A stretch of 63,973 bases of DNA, the filler included, from Barthelona sp. PAP020 (lineage: Eukaryota): NCBI GenBank assembly GCA_040182905.1. It is 3 parts of 3 records of this genome, joined end to end, with 100 filler letters (N's around TTAATTAATTAA, not from the genome) between each part and the next. Parts side by side here need not be neighbours in the genome. Positions count along the whole stretch, not along the records: positions 22,100 to 43,843 come from JARQWU010000180.1; positions 43,944 to 63,973 come from JARQWU010000194.1; 1 more part is not named here. The stretch is one strand, 5' to 3'. The notes beneath the pieces are model-generated. The model saw only the letters and a program-made list of their open reading frames with translations. It had not been told where the DNA came from and ran no database searches. Numbering within the stretch: the first letter of the stretch is position 1; each line of letters opens with the position of its first letter. Below, piece by piece: positions 43,308 to 52,490 of this stretch. Made by a program: the position numbers and the translations under genes.

Positions 43308-43589
43308 TCATTTCGATTTCTTCCCTAATTTCCTTTGTCTTTTACTTCTAATCTCTTCAATCAATTTCATCCAAGGAATATTGAATAATCCTTTTTCAAA
43401 TTTTAAATTACATGCATTACATAAAGTTTTATGACCATTCGGACCACTTTTAATTGCAGAAGTTTGAAATGCTCTGCAATTACATTTTTCACATCTCCAC
43501 AAATTGTAATTAATCGATGTTTTCTTTGGTTCACTTTCAACGGGTTGTGGAAAGGTCAAATATTTTTCAGAACAATCTCCGACCATCAT
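43308..43589 (-). CDS. Small GATA zinc-finger protein (CX2CX20CX2C)
   Basis: CEKC-NCRAFQTSAIKSGPNGHKTL-CNAC plus basic tail. Confidence 0.8.
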   Translation of the reverse strand: MMVGDCSEKYLTFPQPVESEPKKTSINYNLWRCEKCNCRAFQTSAIKSGPNGHKTLCNACNLKFEKGLFNIPWMKLIEEIRSKRQRKLGKKSK

Positions 43590-43843
43590 GAAAAAGATAG
43601 CAATGAGAAAAAAAAAATGATTTCAAGACAAATTGTAAACTGACTAAAAAAAAATTTTAGCACTCTTCTTTTCCATGGAAAGCATTTTTCGGTTTTTTAA
43701 CACCATAAAACAATTAAGAAAAAATACAATAAGAAGACTATCATTTATAATTTAATCGCATCCAATATATCTAATTCACCATTAACTTCTTTTTGTAAAA
43801 TTTCACCTAATTGATTCAATAAATATTCTTGATTTTCCTACAA

Positions 43844-43943
43844 NNNNNNNNNNNNNNNNNNNNNNNNNNNNNNNNNNNNNNNNNNNNTTAATTAATTAAN
43901 NNNNNNNNNNNNNNNNNNNNNNNNNNNNNNNNNNNNNNNNNNN
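43844..43943. other. Artificial assembly spacer (44 N + TTAATTAATTAA + 44 N)
   Basis: Seen directly; identical to the spacer at 22000. Confidence 0.97.
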
Positions 43944-44041
43944 TCAACAACAACCAATTTTGGTTTTTCTTCTTCCGTTGAAAAATATTTGATTAATGCT
44001 TTTCCAACATATGTATCAGGATTGTACAGAAAGATACGCAT
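43944..44041 (-). CDS. 5' fragment of a gene running into the gap; Rossmann-like start resembling the adenylate kinase 7 N-terminus
   Basis: MRIFLYNPDTYVGKALIKYF; divergent from the CLN3 start 72 nt away. Confidence 0.45.
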
Positions 44042-44113
44042 TAGTTTGAAATAGGAAAAAAGTCTTTTTGAAATTGGTTTCAATTCTTAATTTTTTATTA
44101 TCTTTTTTATTCG

Positions 44114-45490
44114 ATGCAATCAAACGGTTCAAAAGGGGAAAAACATTTGAATGAAGGAGATTTTCGAAGAAATTACTGGGCTTTGTTCATTTTTGGAACT
44201 TTGAATAATTTGCCATATTCAATTATTTTGTCGGCCTGTAAAAATATTGCAAAAAGACTTGGATATTTGAATGAATCAAGTGCTTTACCTTGGGCTAATG
44301 TTACTCTTTCTTTGTTCACACGTTCATTGAATGCTTTCTTTCTTGAAAATTTTACCTATACTTCCAGAGTTATAATAAATGGGTTAATGATGCCTATTGG
44401 ATGTTTAGGTATGATATTAAGTTTGGTTTTTGCTGAGCAAACTACTGGTGATAAATTTCCTTTCTTTGTTGGAGCCATTTTTTCGACTGTATTGATTGGT
44501 GGATCTTCTGCATTTGGCGAAAGTGTTTTACTGGGCTTTTTAAGGCAATATGATCCTGATTTGGTTGCTGGTTGGTCAAGTGGGACGGGGATGGCAGGTG
44601 TTGGTGCAGCAGGTCTGTATTTGTTATTGGATGAACTTGAAGTTCCTGATAAAATTGTATTTTGTATTGTACTGCCTCTGTTTTTAGTTTATCTTTTTTC
44701 ATTCTTTGTGTTGCTAAAACCTCCACCACCACAAGTGCTACCTGATGGTAGTATTGTTTGTAGTTGTTCATACAAACACGGAAGATATTCTGAATGGAGG
44801 GACCTTGAATTTATCCAAAATCATTTGCATGATTTGGAGCCAGAATTAAAGGAAAAAGTCGTCCAAGAGCTGAGTAACTTGAATCCAAAAGAAATGTTGA
44901 TTGATGAAGAAACTGCGGAAGAAGATGAAGAAGAAAAACCACTTCTTCATTCATCAGAAGTGAAAGAGAGCGTTTTCACTCGGATATTTAGATGTCTCAA
45001 ATTAACTATGTTTCATTCAACCATGTTAGCTGGTGTGTATTTCTTTGAATACTGTATCATTACAAATGGTGCGAAACATGCCAATCTTAGAACAAAAGAA
45101 AGTAACAATTTCGAGATTCATGCATTTGAAATCCTTGGGTTTTGTTATCAAATAGGTGTATTAATTTCAAGATCGTCTCTCACATACTTTAAATTGAAGC
45201 CATCATTGTTGTATTTACCTACTCTATTGCAATTGGTTAATTTTTTCCTTTGGTTGTATCAAGACTTACATCATACTTTTAATATTTACATACAAATAAT
45301 TCATATGATATTCGTTGGGCTTATGGGTGGTTTAGGTTACGTTCAACTCTTTTATGATGTTTTACACACAAACAAAATTCCTACAGTTGATCGAGAGCTT
45401 TGTGTTAACATCGTTGCTATTTGGATAACTATTGGTACAATGGGTAGTTGTTTTTATGGTTTGATGGTTGACAAATCCTTATTCAGCTAA
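44114..45490 (+). CDS. CLN3: Battenin / CLN3 / BTN1 lysosomal membrane protein
   Basis: FIFGTLNNLPYSIILSA, SAFGESVLL, GWSSGTGMAGVGAA, VYFFEYCI, YQIGVLISRSS, GLMGGLGYV. Confidence 0.95.
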   Translation: MQSNGSKGEKHLNEGDFRRNYWALFIFGTLNNLPYSIILSACKNIAKRLGYLNESSALPWANVTLSLFTRSLNAFFLENFTYTSRVIINGLMMPIGCLGMILSLVFAEQTTGDKFPFFVGAIFSTVLIGGSSAFGESVLLGFLRQYDPDLVAGWSSGTGMAGVGAAGLYLLLDELEVPDKIVFCIVLPLFLVYLFSFFVLLKPPPPQVLPDGSIVCSCSYKHGRYSEWRDLEFIQNHLHDLEPELKEKVVQELSNLNPKEMLIDEETAEEDEEEKPLLHSSEVKESVFTRIFRCLKLTMFHSTMLAGVYFFEYCIITNGAKHANLRTKESNNFEIHAFEILGFCYQIGVLISRSSLTYFKLKPSLLYLPTLLQLVNFFLWLYQDLHHTFNIYIQIIHMIFVGLMGGLGYVQLFYDVLHTNKIPTVDRELCVNIVAIWITIGTMGSCFYGLMVDKSLFS

Positions 45491-45748
45491 TCTTTCTCTT
45501 TTTACTTAATTATTGTAAATTATTTATTTGACATTATTTTTAAACAAAAAATAAAAATAATCTCTTTTTGAAAAGAAAATTGAAAATTTTTATCAAAGAA
45601 CATTTCTTCATATTTGCGATTTTTTTTCGAAGATGATTCCCATTTTTTGCAATTTGTTGATGGTTTAAAAGAAAATTTCTCAAAATATTTCACCGAATTT
45701 CTGAATAAAGGAAACTTGATTTTTCTTTCTTTTTGTTTTCCTTTTGCC

Positions 45749-47572
45749 ATGGTTTATTTGTTGGAAACTTCTTTCGAAGCTTGTCAAAAGATCGGAGGAA
45801 TATACACCGTTCTTCGATCAAAGTTGCCTTTTATGAGAAACAATTATGAAGATGAAAATTACATTGTTATTGGTCCTTACAATTCACAATATGCAGAAGT
45901 AGAATTTGAATCTAAAGATTTTGGATATGATCATCCTTTAGTTAGAGCTGCAAACAAAATGCCTTGCAAAACTTTCATTGGACGATGGATTGTTTCTGGA
46001 AATCCACGAACTGTTTTGTTTGATTTAGACAGTATAAGTCATATGTTGAGTAATGTTAAAGAACAATTATATAAAGATCATCAAATTTGTACACCTAACA
46101 ATGGAGAAAAACCACATATTGATGACTCCATTCTTTTTGGCAAAATGATATCTTTGTTTGTACAGTATTTTACGGAATTTTTGATTGAAGATAAAGTTAT
46201 TCTGCATGTACATGAATGGATGGCTGGTTCATGTATTCCGATGCTTAGAAAAGCCAAAATTCCTGTTGGAATTGTGTTTACGACACATTCAACAATTGTA
46301 GGTCGTTATATTGGTTCTGATCAAGGAATGGCTCTCTATCAAAAGTTAAAGGAGTTTAATGGATATGAACAAGCAAAGCACTATAATATTTTGTGTGAAT
46401 ATGAGTTAGAAAGAGCTGCTGCGCATGGAGCTCATGTGTTTACCACTGTATCCCAAATTACAGCTGATGAAGCAGAAGTTTTCTTAGGAAAAGAAGTTGA
46501 TATTGTATTGCCTAATGCTTTAAATGTGGAAAAGATTGAAATTCCTCACATACATCAGAATCTTCATGAAATATGCAAAGAAAATCTTACAAAGTTTGTT
46601 TCTGGACATTTTTTTCCTCACTACACGTTTAATCTGGACAGAACTTTGTTCTTTTTCACTGCAGGAAGGTTTGAGCCTACTAATAAGGGATTTGATATGG
46701 TTATTGATGCTCTTGAATTGTTAAATCGAACAATCAGAGAAAAGAGAAAAACTGATCCAAGACTGATGGATTTGACTGTTGTTTGGTTTTTAATTACCAA
46801 TGCACCTCATGGACCTCCAAATTCTGAAAGCCTTGAAAAATCAAAATTAATCACTGAATTAGAAGATGTGTGTGAAGATCTTTGTGCTGAAATGGCTAAG
46901 GAACTATTTCAAGGAATTGTAGCTGATGAATCGCCTTTTACTCAAGTAGGTGAAAACAAATATTATTTAAATATGGAAAGTATGGTATCTACACGAAAGT
47001 TAATGAAATTTAAACGATTAAAACAAGCCTTATCTAGACATAAAGGTTTACCCGCCATCACAACTCATCAAGTTGATGATGTCAATGATCCAATCATTCA
47101 ACAATTAAAAGCAAAAAATCTGCTAAATTTTGAAGGAGATCCAGTTAAAATAATTTATCACCCATCCTTTATCAGTTCTAGTTCACCCTTGTTTGCAATG
47201 GAATATGATGACTTTGTTCTGGGAAATCATTTGGGTATTCATCCATCTTGTTATGAACCTTGGGGTTATACCACAGTTGAATCATTGATCAGATGTGTTC
47301 CAGGAATCACTAGCGATTTAACAGGTTTTGGTAAATATTTTGAAAACTTAGCCAAACATGTTGATGGTTTTACTGTTATTAATCGTAGAGACAAGAGTTA
47401 TGATGACTCAGTAAAAGAATTATGCTGGAATATGTTAAGTTTTTGTGTCAAAAACAGAGAAGAACGTGTTTCATTGAGAAACAAATTATTTGACATTCGT
47501 CACAAATTTGACTGGTCTGAATGTGGTGAAAATTATTTAATTGCTCATAAAAAAGCCGAAAGTCAGATTTAA
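45749..47572 (+). CDS. Glycogen synthase, GT3 family (607 aa)
   Basis: ETSFEACQKIGGIYTVLRSK, HVHEWMAG, FTTHST, FTTVSQITA, AGRFEPTNKGFD, PSCYEPWGYT; first ATG at 45749. Confidence 0.95.
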   Translation: MVYLLETSFEACQKIGGIYTVLRSKLPFMRNNYEDENYIVIGPYNSQYAEVEFESKDFGYDHPLVRAANKMPCKTFIGRWIVSGNPRTVLFDLDSISHMLSNVKEQLYKDHQICTPNNGEKPHIDDSILFGKMISLFVQYFTEFLIEDKVILHVHEWMAGSCIPMLRKAKIPVGIVFTTHSTIVGRYIGSDQGMALYQKLKEFNGYEQAKHYNILCEYELERAAAHGAHVFTTVSQITADEAEVFLGKEVDIVLPNALNVEKIEIPHIHQNLHEICKENLTKFVSGHFFPHYTFNLDRTLFFFTAGRFEPTNKGFDMVIDALELLNRTIREKRKTDPRLMDLTVVWFLITNAPHGPPNSESLEKSKLITELEDVCEDLCAEMAKELFQGIVADESPFTQVGENKYYLNMESMVSTRKLMKFKRLKQALSRHKGLPAITTHQVDDVNDPIIQQLKAKNLLNFEGDPVKIIYHPSFISSSSPLFAMEYDDFVLGNHLGIHPSCYEPWGYTTVESLIRCVPGITSDLTGFGKYFENLAKHVDGFTVINRRDKSYDDSVKELCWNMLSFCVKNREERVSLRNKLFDIRHKFDWSECGENYLIAHKKAESQI

Positions 47573-47843
47573 AAATGTCTTTTTTTCGAAACTTCTTTTG
47601 TTTGAATTTTGTAAATTTTTTATATTTAATATTCTTTTCTTTCTTTCTTGTTTGCTTATTTTTATTTGGCAAAAGCTGATAGTTTTTGAAAGATGATCCT
47701 TTTTATTCTTTGTGAAATTTGCATTTTTTTAAATATTCAATAGAATCAACTAAATCTTTATCATAAATGTTAATTTAAGAGAATAAAACAAGTATGTTCT
47801 TGCAAACAGGAAAAAAATTATTTTCTTTTTTTATCAAGTCACA

Positions 47844-48452
47844 ATGGCACCCATTGACGAAATTAAAGGATTACCAATCAATGAAATGATTAGTTCACCC
47901 TTAAATGCTTGTATTAAATCGCAAAAATTTATTGCCGATGGAAAAATTGCGTTCATTCAAGAAGTATTTTATTTATCAATATTGGCTAATATTTAGTTTG
48001 GATTTGGCAAAAAGGCGAGTTCTTCTGATTCTTCCAGCTCTTCTTCCAGCTCTTCTTCCAGCTCAGCTTCAAAGTTGGTTATGGTCAAGACAAAATTGCA
48101 AGGTGTTACTGTTGAAATTCCAAAATTATGTTTGATTGATGTTCCTGATTTAGCTATTTCAAATGTTGATATCGATTTTAATTATGAAGTTCGTTCATCC
48201 TCCACAACCAGTACAGAAGTTTCTGCTACAGCTGAAGGATCATATAATGGAGCAATGGTTAATGTAAGTGGTTCTGTCACTGCCAGTTATGCCGGAACCC
48301 GTTCAACTGATACCACTGCCAAATATCATTTCCACGTCAATGCAAAAGATTTGGGCCCTCCCGAAGGATTAACTAAATTCTTGAACTTGTGTCATCAAAT
48401 CATTCCCACTGTATTAGAAGCTGAAGAAGCTGCCAGTACCACTACAACCTGA
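47844..48452 (+). CDS. DUF2589-like protein, copy 1 (2 exons: 47844-47963 and 47997-48452; 191 aa)
   Basis: Spliced product MAPIDEIKGLPINEMISSPLNACIKSQ...FIQE|FGF...IPKLCLIDVPDLAISNVDIDFNYEVRS...TRSTDTTAKYHFHVNAKD..PPEGLTKFL follows the DUF2589 pattern (LPxxxLIxxPL...P.L.I..V...F..EV...TRxxDxxAKY...PEGL); exon 1 is missing from the ORF track. Confidence 0.82.
47964..47996 (+). other. 33-nt spliceosomal intron
   Basis: GTATTT...GCTAATATTTAG; removal joins two in-frame segments that each align with the intronless paralog; retention ends on an in-frame TAG. Confidence 0.85.
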
Positions 48453-48714
48453 TTTCAATATGTGTAAAACAATACAATTTTAGGTTTTTTTTGTTTGTGC
48501 TATCAAAATTGAATGAAAAACATCCAATCAAAGCATTGCATTTAAGAAATTATAAAAATTTGATACAATGATCTCAAGAAAAAATCAACAATTTCTTTAA
48601 AAAAAAATTAGCCTCTTCAATTTGACCAACCAAAACAATTGCAAATTGAAATGGAAGACAAAGAAAAAAAAGTTACAAATTTGGAGAGAACTTTCATTCA
48701 ATTTTTTCTTTCAA

Positions 48715-49332
48715 ATGGATCAACCTGACCTTGCCGCTGAATTGTCATCTGTGCCAATTGATGAATTAGTAGCTGCTCCCCTTCTTGCAGCCAATAGAGC
48801 AAATAGAGAGTTGGCTAGACATTCAATTGAATTTATTGAAGATTTTTGCACTGATGGAAAGCCAGATATGATACAAATACAAGTCCCTTCTGTTACTAAT
48901 GGTGTTGTTTCCAATGTTGCAATTCAAGCACCAAAAATTTGTCTCATTAACCCCCCTTCTTTGACTGTTAGAGAAGTTTCTGTTGATTTTACTATGGAAA
49001 TAAAATCAACAGTTCAAGATACAAGCAAAACTGACACAAAAATTGGTGGAAGTGCGTCATTGGGTGTTGCCAAATTGTCTGGGTCTGTTTCATCTTCTAA
49101 ATCTTCAACTAGAAAAAGTGATTCCACTGCAAAGTATAACATTCATGTGATTGCCCGAGATGATGGGCCCGCTGAAGGATTTTCCAGATTAATGAATATT
49201 TTACAACAAAGAATTATGACTACACCTGTTCCTATGGTAACCGGAATGAATACTGGTATGATGACTGGACCTGGGTTAATGACTGGACCTGGTTTGGCCT
49301 CTAACAATCAACCGTCCTTAAAACCCATGTAA
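48715..49332 (+). CDS. DUF2589-like protein, copy 2 (205 aa, intronless)
   Basis: ELSSVPIDELVAAPLLAANRAN...FIEDF...APKICLINPPSLTVREVSVDFTMEIKS...TRKSDSTAKYNIHVIARDDGPAEGFSRLMNIL; tail has MTGPGL x2. Confidence 0.85.
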   Translation: MDQPDLAAELSSVPIDELVAAPLLAANRANRELARHSIEFIEDFCTDGKPDMIQIQVPSVTNGVVSNVAIQAPKICLINPPSLTVREVSVDFTMEIKSTVQDTSKTDTKIGGSASLGVAKLSGSVSSSKSSTRKSDSTAKYNIHVIARDDGPAEGFSRLMNILQQRIMTTPVPMVTGMNTGMMTGPGLMTGPGLASNNQPSLKPM

Positions 49333-49539
49333 ATTAAGTTTATTTTCTTGTTTTGAATAATTCACCATTATTCAAAAAAAAAAATACAAAAAAAGTCATT
49401 TACACCATTCATTTGAATTCGATTTTTTCAGACAATATTCTTCTTTAATTTGCTTCTTTTTAGTTTTATCTGATATTATTGTACTGGTCGATAAAAGTGT
49501 TATTTCCACAAATTTTTTGATAATCTCTCTTTTTTTTTC

Positions 49540-50247
49540 ATGAAAATACCCAATTATTTAATTGTTCTATCATATATTTTACGTAATAGCATTTATTAAA
49601 TTGATGACTAACAGTTAGTTGTTATTTATGGGGCTCAAAAATGTCCGAGTGGTAACAGTGGTCCAGGTGGTTGGATGTACTCGGATCAAATTTGCGAAGA
49701 TGGATTAATTTGTGATAATAGACACGAAGCTTGCATTAAAGGAGAGTTTGGTCCTGGAGCTTGTTATAATCCTGAAAAGGAATCCTGTTTCAAAGGTATA
49801 ACTTGTGTCAAAGGGCAAGAAGCCTGTACAATTTATGGTTTTGGCCGAGGTGGATGTTACAATCCCAATAACACCGTTTGTTATGATGGATTTCTTTGCA
49901 GTTTTGGTGAAAAATTTTGTAAAGAGGGTGTTTATGGAACTGGAGGTTGTTACAAGGATATTTATGCATATTGTAAAGGAGGTGCTATTTGCGCTTTGGA
50001 ACAAGATTTTTGTGAAGCAAGTATTAATGGTTTTGGAGGTTGCTACGATTCCAAAACTGAAAAATGTATTGATGGCGCCATCTGTAAAACCATTGAAGAT
50101 TATTGTGAAGCTGGATACATGGGATCTGGTGGATGTTTTGACAAACAAAGTGCCATTTGTGTTTTCGGAGAAATCACTGTTCATGAACCCGCACCTAAAA
50201 TGGATGAAAGAGCAAAAATACTATATGCGGGAAGAGATGAATTATAA
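49540..50247 (+). CDS. Secreted Cys/Gly-rich repeat protein (2 exons: 49540-49582 and 49619-50247; 223 aa)
   Basis: Splicing creates the signal peptide MKIPNYLIVLSYILLVIYG; about 31-aa repeats CxxGxxGxG[GA]C[YF]x6CxxGxxC. Confidence 0.8.
49583..49618 (+). other. 36-nt spliceosomal intron
   Basis: GTAATA...ACTAACAGTTAG; contains an in-frame TAA; removal restores a continuous signal peptide. Confidence 0.82.
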
Positions 50248-50712
50248 TTTATAAATAGTTACTTTTTTTTAGCCATTTTTCGTTGATATTAAATTGTTTA
50301 AACATTTTCAACTCTAGTTCATATTCAAACTTTTATGCATCTTCTTTCAAAATTGAGAAAAAAAAAATGATTTACAGAACATTCTTGGCTTTAAAACCAC
50401 AATACTGTTCAGAAAATACATAAACACACATTCTAAGACAAGTGAGTATTTCAAATAGTTCTTCTTTTGGTTTTACGGTTCTATTAAAAAAAAATTTCGA
50501 AGCATTTTTTTTCCATTTTTTTGTGCCCTTTTTTCCAGAAATTAATTGTGTTTATGGATGAATAATTTCTCAGATGTCATTTTTCTGTAGAATTTATTAA
50601 CTTTTCTTTTGTGAAAAAACTTGATTTGATTTGTTGTTTTTCTGTCTGATTTGGTTTTTCTACAAATATTTTTGGAAATCGGATATCATTATTATTATAT
50701 TTTTTTTGTGAG

Positions 50713-51945
50713 ATGAAAAGTATACTTGCCATCTGTTTGATTGGATTAATAATTGGCACATCTTTTGCTCAATTTCAGAACGAAAGATTCATGAAGCCAA
50801 ACAAGTTTAAAAAGTGGGGATCTGCTGATTCTTCAGCTACTTCTTGCTCTTCTACTGATAGTGAAGGCACTGCATTTGATTCCGACAAGTATTGCAAATG
50901 CCCTCCCTGTGGAAAATGCCCTTATTCAAATGATGAAAAGAGTTGCATGTCTGAATGTTCTGAACAGGAACACCCATGTCCTCCCACCGAAATTGAATGT
51001 CCAACTACTGAAACTGAATGCACAACAACTACTGAAACCGAAGTTGAATGCCCAACAACTGAAACTGAATGCCCAACTACTGAAACCGAAGTTGAGTGCT
51101 CAACAACTGAAACTGAATGCCCAACAACTGAAAGCGAAGTTGAGTGCCCAACAACTGAAACTGACTGCACTGAAACTGAAACTGAAACTGATTGTACTGA
51201 AACTGAAACTGAAACTGAGTGCACTGAAACTGAAACTGAAACTGATTGCACTGAAACTGAAACCGAAACTGAGTGCACTGAAACTGAAACTGAAACTGAA
51301 ACTGAAACTGATGATTGTTCTTGTGATTCAACTGATCCTGAAGATTCATGCACTGACAGTGAAAAGACTGAAGAATCAAGCAGTTCTTGTGAATCTGAAG
51401 ATGATAAGTGCATGAAGAACAAAGCTCAATTCCGTAAGAGAAGAATTCGCAAATTCAAACGCAGGCACAATAAGAAACATGGCAAGAAGGAACACAAGAA
51501 ACATGATCCTAAGAAAGACAAGAAGCATGATGAAAAGAAGGACAAGAAACATGATCCTAAGAAAGACAAGAAACATGATGAAAAGAAAGACAAGAAACAT
51601 GATCCTAAGAAGGACAAGAAACATGATCCTAAGAAAGACAAGAAACATGATGAAAAGAAGGACAAGAAACATGATCCTAAGAAAGACAAGAAACATGATG
51701 AAAAGAAAGACAAGAAACATGATCCTAAGAAAGACAAGAAGCATGATGAAAAGAAGGACAAGAAACATGATCCTAAGAAAGACAAGAAGCATGATGAAAA
51801 GAAGGACAAGAAACATGATCCTAAGAAAGACAAGAAACCTGTCGAGAAGAAAGACAAGAAGCATGATTTGAAGAAGGAGAAAAAACCTGTCGAGAAGAAG
51901 GATAAAATCCCTGTCGACAAGAAGGACAAGAAGATGAAAAACTGA
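50713..51945 (+). CDS. Secreted repetitive protein: Cys-rich head, CPTTETE/CTETETE acidic repeats, KKDKKHD(P/E) tail
   Basis: Signal peptide MKSILAICLIGLIIGTSFA; intact 410-aa ORF. Confidence 0.85.
   Translation: MKSILAICLIGLIIGTSFAQFQNERFMKPNKFKKWGSADSSATSCSSTDSEGTAFDSDKYCKCPPCGKCPYSNDEKSCMSECSEQEHPCPPTEIECPTTETECTTTTETEVECPTTETECPTTETEVECSTTETECPTTESEVECPTTETDCTETETETDCTETETETECTETETETDCTETETETECTETETETETETDDCSCDSTDPEDSCTDSEKTEESSSSCESEDDKCMKNKAQFRKRRIRKFKRRHNKKHGKKEHKKHDPKKDKKHDEKKDKKHDPKKDKKHDEKKDKKHDPKKDKKHDPKKDKKHDEKKDKKHDPKKDKKHDEKKDKKHDPKKDKKHDEKKDKKHDPKKDKKHDEKKDKKHDPKKDKKPVEKKDKKHDLKKEKKPVEKKDKIPVDKKDKKMKN
50986..51310 (+). repeat. ACTGAA-based coding microrepeat (Thr-Glu) punctuated by Cys codons
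   Basis: Repeated ACTGAAACTGAA...TGC units. Confidence 0.9.
51496..51840 (+). repeat. 24-nt tandem repeat encoding KKHD(P/E)KKD, mostly alternating P and E (48-nt higher-order unit)
   Basis: AAGAAACATGATCCTAAGAAAGAC alternating with AAGAARCATGATGAAAAGAARGAC. Confidence 0.92.
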
Positions 51946-52490
51946 AAAATTTTGTCCGACAAAATCAAAACAATGGTGTCAACCTTTGTGTGACACATTG
52001 CCATTTCCAAGTGTAAAACTCTGATTTTTCTTTTTCCAAATTTGTTTTTGAAATCAGTTTTTTTTTTTTTGGAAGAAAAGAATTGCTTAGATTCTCCAGA
52101 AATACAAATGAGAATCTTTATTTGTTTCATACCCAACCAAATAATTAACAACAGCTCAAAAACCAGTAATGAAGATTATGTTGACAACTTTCCGAAATAG
52201 TGAACCTTTTACCAAAGAATTGTTGTCAAAATTGTTGAAAATTAAATAATTTTTAATGGCAGTGTTCATTACGAACTTTTATTGAAGATTCAAAGTAAAA
52301 ACCTTGCTTTTGTGTGAGAACAATTTCCATTTTTCAGATTTGAGAATTAACATAAATTAACACTTTTGACATTTTTACAATCGTTTTTACAATTAAGTTT
52401 CAAATAATTTCATTTGAAAGACAATGAGAAGTTCAAAAAAAATTGTTGAATTTGTTAAAATTTTTTTTTCTAGATTGATCGCCTTTTCAA

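Noticed and set aside
45614..45748. N-terminal extensions given by the ORF track from TTG/GTG or upstream starts (also 1740-1796, 20967-21098, 48622-48714)
   Set aside because: AT-rich intergenic sequence; homology begins at the downstream ATG
47905..48135. 76-aa ORF (MLVLNRK...)
   Set aside because: Out-of-frame overlap with the spliced DUF2589-like copy 1
51496..51840. CRISPR-like regular repeat array
   Set aside because: Contiguous coding repeat with no unique spacers, no cas genes, eukaryotic context
50861..52151. Overlapping ORFs in other frames and on the opposite strand (also 29564-30438 and 16879-17262)
   Set aside because: Shadow ORFs produced by stop-free tandem repeats of the real gene
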